From positions 124,001 to 188,000 of the forward strand of contig MU619266.1 in assembly GCA_025201805.1 (NCBI GenBank): DNA of 64,000 nt, in the 5' to 3' direction. The notes under the pieces are model-generated. The model was not told the origin of the DNA, searched no databases, and worked only from the letters and a program-made list of their open reading frames with translations. The stretch comes from Parasitella parasitica NRRL 2501 (lineage: Eukaryota; Fungi; Mucoromycota). This document shows, piece by piece, positions 36,820 to 46,994 of the stretch. The translations under genes were made by a program, and so were the position numbers. Position 1 is the stretch's first letter. Each line of letters starts with the position of its first letter.

Positions 36820-38580
36820 TTATTTTCTTGCTCTTTCGCCCGAACCAAAAAACTTTCTAATAGACCCTTTGTATTCATAAGGCAAAAATGGCGGGTCACG
36901 CATGGTGAACACTTGATGAGGTTCAACGTCTTTCGGCAACCAGATTCTAAACGTAGCGCGATCAAATTCACCTGTCAAGGACACCCAGCCTACGCCAGCA
37001 AAGCTGAAATCAACAGTGGCGTGCGCTCGATGCACGCCTTGTACGCGCACAATTTCGTCCATGGGCTCTAGAGAGCTCATTCTCAAAATGCTTTGATCCT
37101 TTACCTGACGGAGTTGGCTATTCCGATCCTGCAAAGCGTGGGCGGCGGGAAGCTTGTCAGTTTTGGTTAAATGGGGGGCCAGTGGACTAAACATGGTGAA
37201 CAACACAGGATGGTCTGCTTCCAAAAGATCAATACGCACCAAGGGCTTTAGCAGGAGCGATTTTCCCGGCTCCAATTTGAACGTAACGGGGCTCATTTCC
37301 TTTTGGTTAACGAGCTTCTTTTGTCCCTCATAGTCCAATTGATGTATCAGTTGCTGGGCATTGATGATACCCGGCGTGTCGATCAAGAATCTGTCTCTAG
37401 TAACAAAGCGACGCTTTTCCCATGTCTCTTGATGATCGTCATCTGCGCCCATTCCCAGTGCGTAAAGTGGAATCTTGATAGTGCCCATAGTCGTGCCTGG
37501 CACCACTGAGCTGGTGATTTTGTATTGCGCTTTCAATTGTGATTTCAGTCGTCGGCCTTCTGCATCCAGCGTGCCTCTAGTCTGTGACATGAACTGATTG
37601 ACCAGCGCCGATTTGCCTACATTGGTGCTGCCCACCAAGTAAACATCATCTGTAGGACGTCTCTCTTGGTCGATTTTGCGCATCAATGTGGGGATTCCCC
37701 AGCCCTTTTTCGCGCTGATCAACGTCACCGATACAACCTGTCGAGTAGGCACGCCAATCGACTTTATGTGTTGCAAAATCCAATCTCGGATTCGTTGCTC
37801 ATGTCGACGAGCAGACGCTGGCAGAAGATCCATCTTGTTGGCAGCCAGCAATATGCGGGCTCCAGAATTCTGCTGTAACAACTTGGGTAGATGGCCCATG
37901 GATGCAGGCAAGTCCGTCACATCAAATACAGCCACCATGAGCGGATCTGTCTTTGTCTTTAAAAAGTCTAGCGATCCATATTGCTGCGAGGAATGCAGGA
38001 ATTCAGGAGCGCTGGAAGTCGTGCTAGCATTGTGATGCTGCAATGCATAACAACGCTGACACACGTTGCGCTCGCTATGCTGTGGAATGGGCTGATTGGG
38101 CTGATTGGGCTGATTGGGCTGATTGGGCTGATTGGGCTGATTGGGCAGACTCGCAACAGGCTCGCCTTCTAGTAGTGCTCTCGTTTCTGGATCCAAGTTT
38201 GCAAGAGCCTCTTGATAGCCTCGCTCCGTCAAGGATTTATTCTGCTGCTTCTTTTTGTGGTTGGCTAGAGACGACTTTCGCTCGACTAGATATCCAGGCT
38301 TGGAAGGATCCGCCCTTTGAAACGGAGCACCACAACCAGGACAATCCGCTAGCACGGCTTCAGCAGCTGCGGAATGTGCGGGAGGCGAGGTGCTGTATTG
38401 TAGCCTTGATTGTCTCGAGATGTCATGAAAATCCAATGTGACAGCTCGGCTTTGATGGCAATTGACAATAGCAGGTAGCATTTGGGATTGCCAATGTCGA
38501 GGTGAGCCTTTGGGTATCACATTGCTATGAATGCGCAATCGTTTTACAGCTGAAAAAAGCTTTGACGTAGATCTGCTCAT
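36820..38580 (-). CDS. NOA1/YqeH/Gep3-family circularly permuted GTPase, probably mitochondrial, intronless
   Basis: CPGCG...CQRC zinc finger, then G4 NKMD, G5 ISAKKG, G1 GSTNVGKS, G2 PGTT, G3 DTPG. The N-terminus from ATG 38580 is R/S/K-rich and presequence-like. Confidence 0.9.
   Translation of the reverse strand: MSRSTSKLFSAVKRLRIHSNVIPKGSPRHWQSQMLPAIVNCHQSRAVTLDFHDISRQSRLQYSTSPPAHSAAAEAVLADCPGCGAPFQRADPSKPGYLVERKSSLANHKKKQQNKSLTERGYQEALANLDPETRALLEGEPVASLPNQPNQPNQPNQPNQPNQPIPQHSERNVCQRCYALQHHNASTTSSAPEFLHSSQQYGSLDFLKTKTDPLMVAVFDVTDLPASMGHLPKLLQQNSGARILLAANKMDLLPASARRHEQRIRDWILQHIKSIGVPTRQVVSVTLISAKKGWGIPTLMRKIDQERRPTDDVYLVGSTNVGKSALVNQFMSQTRGTLDAEGRRLKSQLKAQYKITSSVVPGTTMGTIKIPLYALGMGADDDHQETWEKRRFVTRDRFLIDTPGIINAQQLIHQLDYEGQKKLVNQKEMSPVTFKLEPGKSLLLKPLVRIDLLEADHPVLFTMFSPLAPHLTKTDKLPAAHALQDRNSQLRQVKDQSILRMSSLEPMDEIVRVQGVHRAHATVDFSFAGVGWVSLTGEFDRATFRIWLPKDVEPHQVFTMRDPPFLPYEYKGSIRKFFGSGERARK
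38089..38146. repeat. Perfect 9-bp tandem repeat (GGGCTGATT)x6 encoding (PNQ)6
   Basis: Read directly; it lies between the two CxxC halves of the GTPase zinc finger. Confidence 0.95.
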
Positions 38581-38757
38581 TTGAAAAAAAAAAAAAAAAA
38601 AAGGTAAAAGAGAGGGGGAGGGGGAGGGATGCCAGTGATACAAAAGAATGAGTGACTTTTTCGCAGAACAGACTGACTGCATTAAGCACACTGCCACTTT
38701 TGAAAAAGCGAATACGGTGCATGTCTGAATGCCTGTCGCCTTTTTCTTTGCAACAAA

Positions 38758-39088
38758 ATGGACACTAAAGAGCGCAAGTTTCCAGTCAAAGACGGGTGGA
38801 TAGAGACACCCAAACTTCGACACCGCATCATAGAATTGGACGAGAGAAAGGCATCGTCTGTTCCCTCGTCTCCATCGCTGATACAAACAAACCACTTTGA
38901 CATACTATCGCCGTCCTTGTCTTTGCCGCCGTCTTCTTCTCACTCCAGAAAACACAAGCACAAGAAGAAAAAAAGAACGCCACAGCACAGCACAAGCAGC
39001 GGAAACTCTCCTCTATCCCAAGAACTGAGCAGACATGATTGGGACGACCACATGGTCCCTGCCACTGAGGAAGACACTCAACCAAGTC

Positions 39089-39121
<33 letters not shown>

Positions 39122-39920
39122 AGACAGTGTATCAGCGTGATGATTTACAGCAGCAGCAACAGCACCAACAACCTAATGAATCTTTACGTCAAATATCGTT
39201 CCTTGAATACTTGAAAGACGAATTGACAGTTGCAGACTTTGACAGTGCGCAAGAATTGAAACGAGAGCGTGTTACCAACTTTTTAGGTGTGCCTGCTGCC
39301 ATCGAAAAGGTATGAGACAAGATACTAAATTGCTAGCATCCTACTTATATAGCGCTGCCTAGCTTATGGGGTTTGGATTCTTTGTGTGCTTGGATTCGTT
39401 CTTGTACACCTTCACCATTCTTCCCCTTAGATTCTGCTTGGCCTTTTACCATTACATGATATATATTTATACAAACATCCAGGTTTTGCTCAGCCAGAGA
39501 GACAGGTACAAGTGTGAATTAAGTTTCAAAGTGTTGTGGTTATGGTTATGGTTCAACTAATTGGGGGCATGCAGATTTGTTCGATTGAAATCATCACAAA
39601 AATGCGATTTACTCAAGGGATTTCTCATCATCATTACATGCATTGTCATGTGCTCGTTGGACCCATCTCGTATCTACCATTCGATTCGAGGACAGGCTGT
39701 TTTGAAGCTATATGTTGTGTTTAATGTATTGGAGATTTGCGACAAATTATGCTGTTCGGTGGGCGTCGATATTTTAGATGCGTTGTTCTCCAAGTCCACA
39801 TTGGGGAATGCAAAACAGGGTATTGGCGGTGCTGCCTATGCCAAAAGACAGCTGAAGCCAATAACATTGTTTGTGTTAGCAGCTGGATATATGGGTGAGT
39901 AGCTCCTGTTGCATTGAGTG

Positions 39921-40015
<95 letters not shown>

Positions 40016-41241
40016 AACAATCAGAGCAGTGATCCATACAACAGTGCTGTTTTTCCAGATGATTACGCTCAACGTAGCCATCAACTTTTACTCCAACGCC
40101 CTACTATCGCTGCTCATCTCAAACCAGTTTGTTGAAATCAAACAATCCGTATTCAAAAAATTTGAAAAGGAAAATCTATTTCAACTGACGTGTGCAGACA
40201 TTGTTGAACGTTTCCAGCAGTGCGCCTTTCTGTTCATTATCACCTTGCGCAACGTCATCGAGCTATCGGAATCAGGGCCTTCGTCCATCTTGCCTTCAAC
40301 GTTTGTGCCTCTGTTCAAACTGCCGGCAACCACATCACTTAACACGCTAATGACGCCTGTTGTGATGGTCATCGCATCCGAATTGATGGTCGATTGGCTA
40401 AAACATGCGTTTATTACGAAATTCAACCAAATTAGACCGACAATCTATGGCAAATACATTGACGTGCTTTGCAAGGATCTGGTCATTGGGAGCCCTGGAA
40501 GAATCAGCGGTAGACACCATGCCTTTGTAGATCAGTCCCCCGTCGTATCTCGTCGCATTGGCTTTCCTGTGTTACCGCTAGCCTGTCTGGTAAGTTGCTG
40601 GTGAAGATTGCAGAAAGTCTGATTTGAAGCTGACATAACCCGCAGCATGTCCGTATGATGCAACAAATCCTTCCAATGATGTTCATGTCGCATAACAGTC
40701 AAACGGCAAATACAAGCGCGGCAGCCTCCATGATTACCAACAGCTTGTTGAATTATTTGCTGAATAATCAGGGCATGGTAAATCAAGTATTGCCCGCGCG
40801 CATCCAGCTGGTAGTTTTATCCATGGTCAAGGGAGGCTGGTTGGAAAATGGATTGGATCAGCTATTTCGATTTATCACTTGGACATTGGTGGTTGCTGTC
40901 CTGGCTGTCATGTAAGCAATTCTTTCGTCTTTTTTCTGCAGCCTGTGCATTTAATAGACTAACTGACATTGGCTCTTAGCTTGTTGGCACTCAAAGTTGT
41001 AGTTGGCATTAATTTGCTTGCATTTGCTTACAAGCGATTCGCCGGAATGGAAGAGAGAGACAAAGCAGAGGCTAAAAAAGACAAGGAAATCAAGGCCATG
41101 AGTAAGGACGAAACTGAATACAACACCTCCATTCGAGATTACCTCAGTAGCAAAGACGACAACATTCTGGGTGAAACGCAGGTGAAATATACGTTGGAAA
41201 ATGTTGATCGATTTTCAATGGTGAAGAGCCGTATCCCATAA
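38758..41241 (+). CDS. TAPT1/Emp65 (DUF747) ER membrane protein, multi-exon
   Basis: ERVTNFLGVP...EKLMGFGFFVCLDSFLYTFTILPLR, YHSIRGQAVLKLYVVFNVLEICDKLCCSVG, LLISNQFVEIKQSVFKKF, VDWLKHAFITKFN, RRIGFPVLPLACL. Confidence 0.92.
39922..40012 (+). repeat. Poly(T) tract of ~91 nt inside a TAPT1 intron
   Basis: Read directly; the length may be unreliable in the assembly. Confidence 0.9.
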
Positions 41242-41308
41242 GGACAAGACTTACTTGTATAATAAAGTTTATTTATTATTTATATATATATATATGCATC
41301 GGCTGGCA

Positions 41309-42458
41309 TTAATGTAACCCCCATATCCACGATTCTGAAATAGCAGAAAAGCCCTCGTCAAGAGTGTTTTTATGACGAGGCGCTTCTCTATAGGCGATAA
41401 TTGCTTTTAAAAATGTGGAAAGCAACGTGCAGACTGCTTCAGAAGCAATTTCGTGCAAATTATATTTCTCGTCAGTTTTCAGTGCAAATTTGATGCATTC
41501 GATTGTAACGTACTCGACTTTTTGCACGATTTGAAATTGCCCGTTGATCCAGAATATAGCATACAAGAAATAGCTCAGTATTGCATATAACAAGCCTGTG
41601 TATATTTATAAAAGCCGGAATTAGCATATGGATCTCGCGAGCAAGTTGGATCAACAATACCGGGTACGGGCGACTGCTTGAAAAGTACCACACAGCGAAC
41701 AATGATATCAGTCATGGCACTACTTAACAGCTTGAACTTTTGGATAGGGGTGTCTTTGGATGCAGCAGTGTCGTTGTTTTCACTGTTCTGAGCCATTGCA
41801 GCAAGCCATGACGGAGCAAGAAGCTGCGATATGGCATAGAATTTGCTGATGATTGTAGTTTGGTAGCTTTCCTCGTTCTCTGCCGCCGTGCTACTTTCTT
41901 GCTGACTGGCCGACTGCTGTGTTGATATTCCTACTCTTCCCTCTAAACTGCGATAAATAAAGGGTCATGAGGATTGAAAAACCAATTAATCCATATCGAC
42001 ATTTGTTAGCCAACTAACCTTGTTAGCCGTTCCCTCAGTGCTTCCTTTGTCTTGATCTCTTTTAAATCTGTACATGTCCTATGTATTTAGTCGCATGATA
42101 CAGGATATATTGCGGCGTAGATAAATTACATACTGGGTAGCGCCATAATGATCTTGTCCAACCCAGCGAGATAGACGTCTAATCCAATTGCCTCGTTTCC
42201 AGTCTCGAACTCATCGACTGCAATCTCGACTAATCTGACGCCCTGTGAGAGGCTCTTTCTATCAACCACTCGACTGGACAAATGATAACCGAATCTAGAG
42301 GCGGTCGAATCAATCAATTTATCAACAAACTGTGAATATGCTGATTTAGATGTGTCGTATGGTGGGGGTTTCTCTTGTAAATCAGTCATGGTTTTTGGTA
42401 CTGTTGAATTGCCGTTATCTATGGATTTATACAAGAGATTGGATATGTACCAAGCCAT
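41309..42458 (-). CDS. Hypothetical protein with a PPPY motif and a MIT-like helical bundle, multi-exon
   Basis: EKPPPY; LSQGVRLVEIAVDEFETGNEAIGLDVYLAGLDKIIMALP...KTKEALRERL resembles MIT helices. The C-terminal exon is hydrophobic. Introns are GT-AG. Confidence 0.65.
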
Positions 42459-42560
42459 TGAATGTGTCTGTTTGCAATTGGAAAAGGATACTAATATTAG
42501 AGTCGTTTCAATTGAAATGAGTGAGAAAATAAAAGAAAAGAAAGCAAGTGATTCAAAGTG

Positions 42561-42608
<48 letters not shown>
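42561..42608 (+). repeat. Poly(A) tract of 48 nt in a promoter/5'UTR region
   Basis: Read directly. Confidence 0.9.
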
Positions 42609-42611
<3 letters not shown>

Positions 42612-43027
42612 GATTTTCAGCATACATGGAAAACCTGATTCAGGTGATTTGCTCCCTTTTTTTATAGTTGTATCGGTCCGTTGCTTTGTTCGATGTGTCC
42701 GTCAATTGCTTTGCGAATATTGCAGGGCGCGATGTCCCCCTAGCATCTACAGTGGCTCTTGCTAGTATCCTTTTTGATAGCACGCATACGTACACAGACA
42801 CCATACATGGACCTGCTGTGCAGGCTCAATTGCGAACCACCGACACAGCAGGAAATTTAGCGTGCATTGTTTTGGCCCAGACAAACAAAATATTTGATTG
42901 TTTGTACATGACAAAGTTAGATCTTGATAATGAAGCAATGCGCTATTTTAAGCGTCAAATATTAACCTGAACGGATGTTGAGCACATTACTACGTGCAAA
43001 ATGAAAAGCAAAACCCGTAGGATTACC

Positions 43028-43055
43028 CTCAAGATGCTCAAGATGCTCAAGATGC
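43028..43055. repeat. 9-bp tandem repeat (CTCAAGATG)x3 in a divergent intergenic region
   Basis: ctcaagatgctcaagatgctcaagatgc read directly. Confidence 0.85.
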
Positions 43056-43390
43056 ACTATCCAAAAGCAAAATTGGATTTTCATGACACATTTCCTTTTT
43101 TTTTTTTTGTTGGCAATGGAAAATCCTTTCAAGGCATAAAGAAGCTAGTGTTTGTCCGTACCTTGGCATGAAACGCCATGTTTGTTTCTGGATCCATGTC
43201 TCAACAATACTGATTGCTTATTACATTGGATGCGTACATTTATAACATCTTGATTGAACAATGCCAGCAACAATTCAAAGCCTGAAACGAGGCGCACAGC
43301 AAAACATTTTTCAAGAAAACACGGGTTTTTTTATCCCGGAATTTTCGGTTTTTTTTTTTTTTTTTTTTTTTTTTTGCAAAATAGCATCAA

Positions 43391-44871
43391 ATGACCATGA
43401 TGAGCAGCGATGATGACGAGCACATAAATGACGCTGTTGATCTCATTCCGTTGGTACAGGTATTGCGGAATAAAACCACGACTATTCTCGATCAATGCAA
43501 GATCTGGAACGACCAGAGACCTATTGAAGGGCTGCACAGATACATTAATTCTCTCACAGCCGAAATGCATTTTATCGATAAAGTAAGCAGTTGCAGAGCA
43601 TAATACAAAAGAAGGTCCCAGTCTGTAACGAGTCTCTTGGGCAGCTTTTAGAAAACCCTTCAAAAATCAAGAGGGAACACGTCCAAAGCACGAACCTAAG
43701 CTACCTGGAAGCAGTGTACGAGGCATTATCCGGCGTCGGCCAAAGAAAGGACCAAGTAATGAAATTGGTGAGCGCTCCGTCGCAGAGCAACAGTAGCCAG
43801 TGGATGTCCCAAGCTGCAATGATCCGCAATCACAGTATAAAAGTAGACATTGTAACTGAGAATGGGTTGGTGTGGGTAAAGGTGATTGCGCGCAACGCAA
43901 AGGCATTTCGACATGAACTTATGGGATTAGAGTGGGATGACTCCTCCTCTTCAGATGATGGCTCTGATGACGGCTCCAGTGACGCTGATGCTGGTTGCAG
44001 ACAATCATCTGGAGATTTTGACAGTTTACCCATCTTCAAAAAGGCCCGCGAGTATCTGAGAACAGCCCAGGCGCATCACGTCCAGTTTCACACACCAGTT
44101 GTCGTGTTTGCGTTTATGCGCATTAAACCCAAACAAGACGTTTTTGTGCAAAGAATCATGGATAGACTGAAAGAAATCGGCATTGTTGTGTACATGCAAG
44201 ACACAGATACCACACTGCAGTCATCCTACGCGCCATTTTTAAGAGACGTGGGCGACCTGGACCACCTAACAACGCCCTCAATAAACGTGGATGTCAGTTC
44301 AGCGCTAGCCCTCCTATCCGAGCTTTCGCATCATGTGTGTTTACCCAAACAAGTATCCGCCCTTCCCTTACAAGTACAAGCCGAGCGAGAAGCACTGGTA
44401 CCTGCACTGCCTCAAGTTTTGCCCTATATCACGGGGAAAAAGCTGTTTATCATCCAGACTGCATATGACCGACTCAAAGACATTGTTGAGGTGGTGGGCG
44501 GCCCACAAGAAGTGGCGCGATTCAGATACCTATTCAGAGATCATCTTGGCTTAGATTTGCAATTCGATCAGGAATTGTGGACCATTCTGCCGTCTTTATC
44601 TGTAGACGTCATGCCGGATGCATCGTCAGAAGCCTTCACCAAGCTGCTCGATCCACCACAGCAAAAGACAAAGTTGAACAATGGACGCAAGATCCGGACT
44701 CGATTCTCCGACTTTCATGCAAAAATCTTTGGCAGTGGAGACCACTACAAAATGACCACATTAACAGCAATACAATGGATGGAAACTGCCCTTAAAGACG
44801 CCGGTCTGCAAGGCGTTTCGCTGGTGTCTCATGAGCCCCGGTCTTTGGCAGAGAAGAAGATGCAACCCTAG
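43391..44871 (+). CDS. C7orf25/UPF0415 (DUF1308) family protein, 2 exons
   Basis: STNLSYLEAV, VDIVTENGLVWVKV, INVDVSSALALLSELSH, VGGPQEVARF, IFGSGD...TLTA, HEPRSLAEKK. Confidence 0.85.
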
Positions 44872-45204
44872 AAACCCATATTCTAAAATAAATTATGCTG
44901 TTTGTTTGTTTTTATCCAAGCACAAAGAATAGAAGGTATTACATATCGTAGTATCGTGTTACGCCAAACGAGTATAGACGTTGCTTGGTTTATTAGAAAA
45001 GTGTATAAGTATATATTTATATATTTATTATAAATTGCAATTTAAATGGCATATGTTTAGTTTGTAGTATAAAGTATATGTATAAGTGGTTATTGCTGTG
45101 CAAACCATAAGGCCAAGTGGAATAGGGGCAAATGTATAGAGATCATGGTGTCATCACCATCATTGATATGTTGTATATTATAGTAGCAAGCACCTTACAA
45201 AGGT

Positions 45205-45553
45205 TCATAGATTATCGATATGTCTTGATAAGTTTGATATATAAAAAGAATGGTGTGTGTTTGTATAGATGGAATGCATAGCGACTTGATCCGTGTCGAA
45301 AAGATGCTCGTTATTCAGAATGTCTTCGTTGTCGCTGATGTCAATAGCATCCAATTTCTCTTCAAATTGAATGTCCTTCCATTGTGATGGATGGACTCCC
45401 TCTCTAGGACATTCTGCCTACAAGTTGAAGTCAAAGAATGTCGTGTGAATCAAACTGGTCTTTAGTTTAATGTCAACAAATAATACGTACGGAATGTCTT
45501 GGAAGCCAATCCCCACATAATTCACAGGTAGCAGGCAGCGCTTTTGGGTTCAT
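45205..45553 (-). CDS. Small (91 aa) protein with a C-x2-C-x6-H-x3-C motif. Exons 45553-45491 and 45417-45205
   Basis: Hand-spliced across a 73-nt GTACGT...TTGTAG intron: MNPKALPATCELCGDWLPRHS|AECPREGVHPSQWKDIQFEE...HIDNL. TATAAAAG lies ~50 nt upstream on the minus strand. Not in the ORF track. Confidence 0.7.
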
Positions 45554-46994
45554 GATGTATCAATAGTTTTTTTTAAAAAAAACATGGAGAGAAAAACGGC
45601 CCCTTTTATATTTGAAAAAAAATAGTGTCATCATTGAATTTCCAGGTGCCAGCAACTTGCGATCATAGCAAACTCATGTGGTAGCTGCTTGTCATACCTA
45701 AAATACCTTGTACCTCCCAAATAGTAAAACACGGAAAGGCGTTTTTCTTGATTTATCATCATTTGATTCGCCCCGTGTTCTCTTGTATTTTTTATTACTG
45801 TCGAATCTACACGCACAGAAAGTAGACATGCATTATGTGCGTATTTTTGCCCTGAATAAATAATGACACATTGACTCCCTAATACTGCTTCCACACAGAA
45901 ATCAATCAGCAACAGTCATCGTGAGATGGCATGCTGTGGCACAAAGGTAATTCATGTCAATTAACCCCACTCTCTTTTTCTCTTTCTTTATCCAAAAACC
46001 CAAGAAAACTGTAGGTAATTCGTGTGTTGGGAAAGTTCTCCTTACAAAATATATATCTTAATATATACATACTCCTTTCATAATGTAATTCCACTAATTT
46101 ACATATACTAGTTGATTCTTCCCTCCATGTCCCACCCTCCTTTTTTTTTTAGCAGGTAAATTAAGACTTGAACCTTTTATTTTCTACCAGTTTTACTATT
46201 GGATCAGAAAGTTACACTTTAATTTATTGATATCATACAATAAGACAGCCCCTCCTTTTACCATGATTTGCTTTTAATTGCTACTTAAATGCCGCACCAA
46301 TGCTTATTGGCGATAGACAGGATAGTATAAATGCTAAGTAAGACTATTAGGATTAGTCTGTTTGGTATTATATAGTGCATTTCAGAGATATGTGTTATAT
46401 TCTCCTATACGACATGTCAATTGAGCACGATGATGTACAGTTGTATTTACAAAAGGAGTTTATATTTGGCGGTAAACAACAAAGAATGACGAAACATGCC
46501 ATGCAACTGTTCAAAAAACACACACGCACACCCCCCCCCCAACCAATTCAAGACGAACAAGATGCAATTTGCACACAGAAGCTATAATTATTAACTCTGC
46601 ATCCAATGGCACTGAGAGTCAAAGCATTTTCACTCTTTCTAAACGTTATTTTTTTCAATAGTTGGTTCTTCATAAATATGAACTATTGCACTCCGTACGT
46701 TTGGTGCCATAAAGACAAACAAAAATGCCAATCAACAATTGCTATTGTGCCATTTCAAAACTCTCGCGAGAGACGACTATTTTGAAAATACCAGACCTGG
46801 ATAGTGTTCTGCAGATAGCGTCAATAAGCGGCTCTAAATTTCATACTATAAAGGTCTATAAAAGTTTATGAATGCTTATAAACGTCTAGAAGCTTGCAAA
46901 AAAGAATATATTTAAATCAGTGTAAAAATACAAAGTACAAAATGCTTCATAACAAGGTTTGAACATAATACAAGGTCATCATGAATATGTCGGC

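Noticed and set aside
38581-38895. 105-aa N-terminal extension of the NOA1 ORF overlapping TAPT1
   Set aside because: It runs through a homopolymer tract from a non-ATG start; the ATG at 38580 gives a plausible mitochondrial presequence.
39721-40135. Poly-Lys and poly-Phe ORFs
   Set aside because: Translations of the intronic T91 tract.
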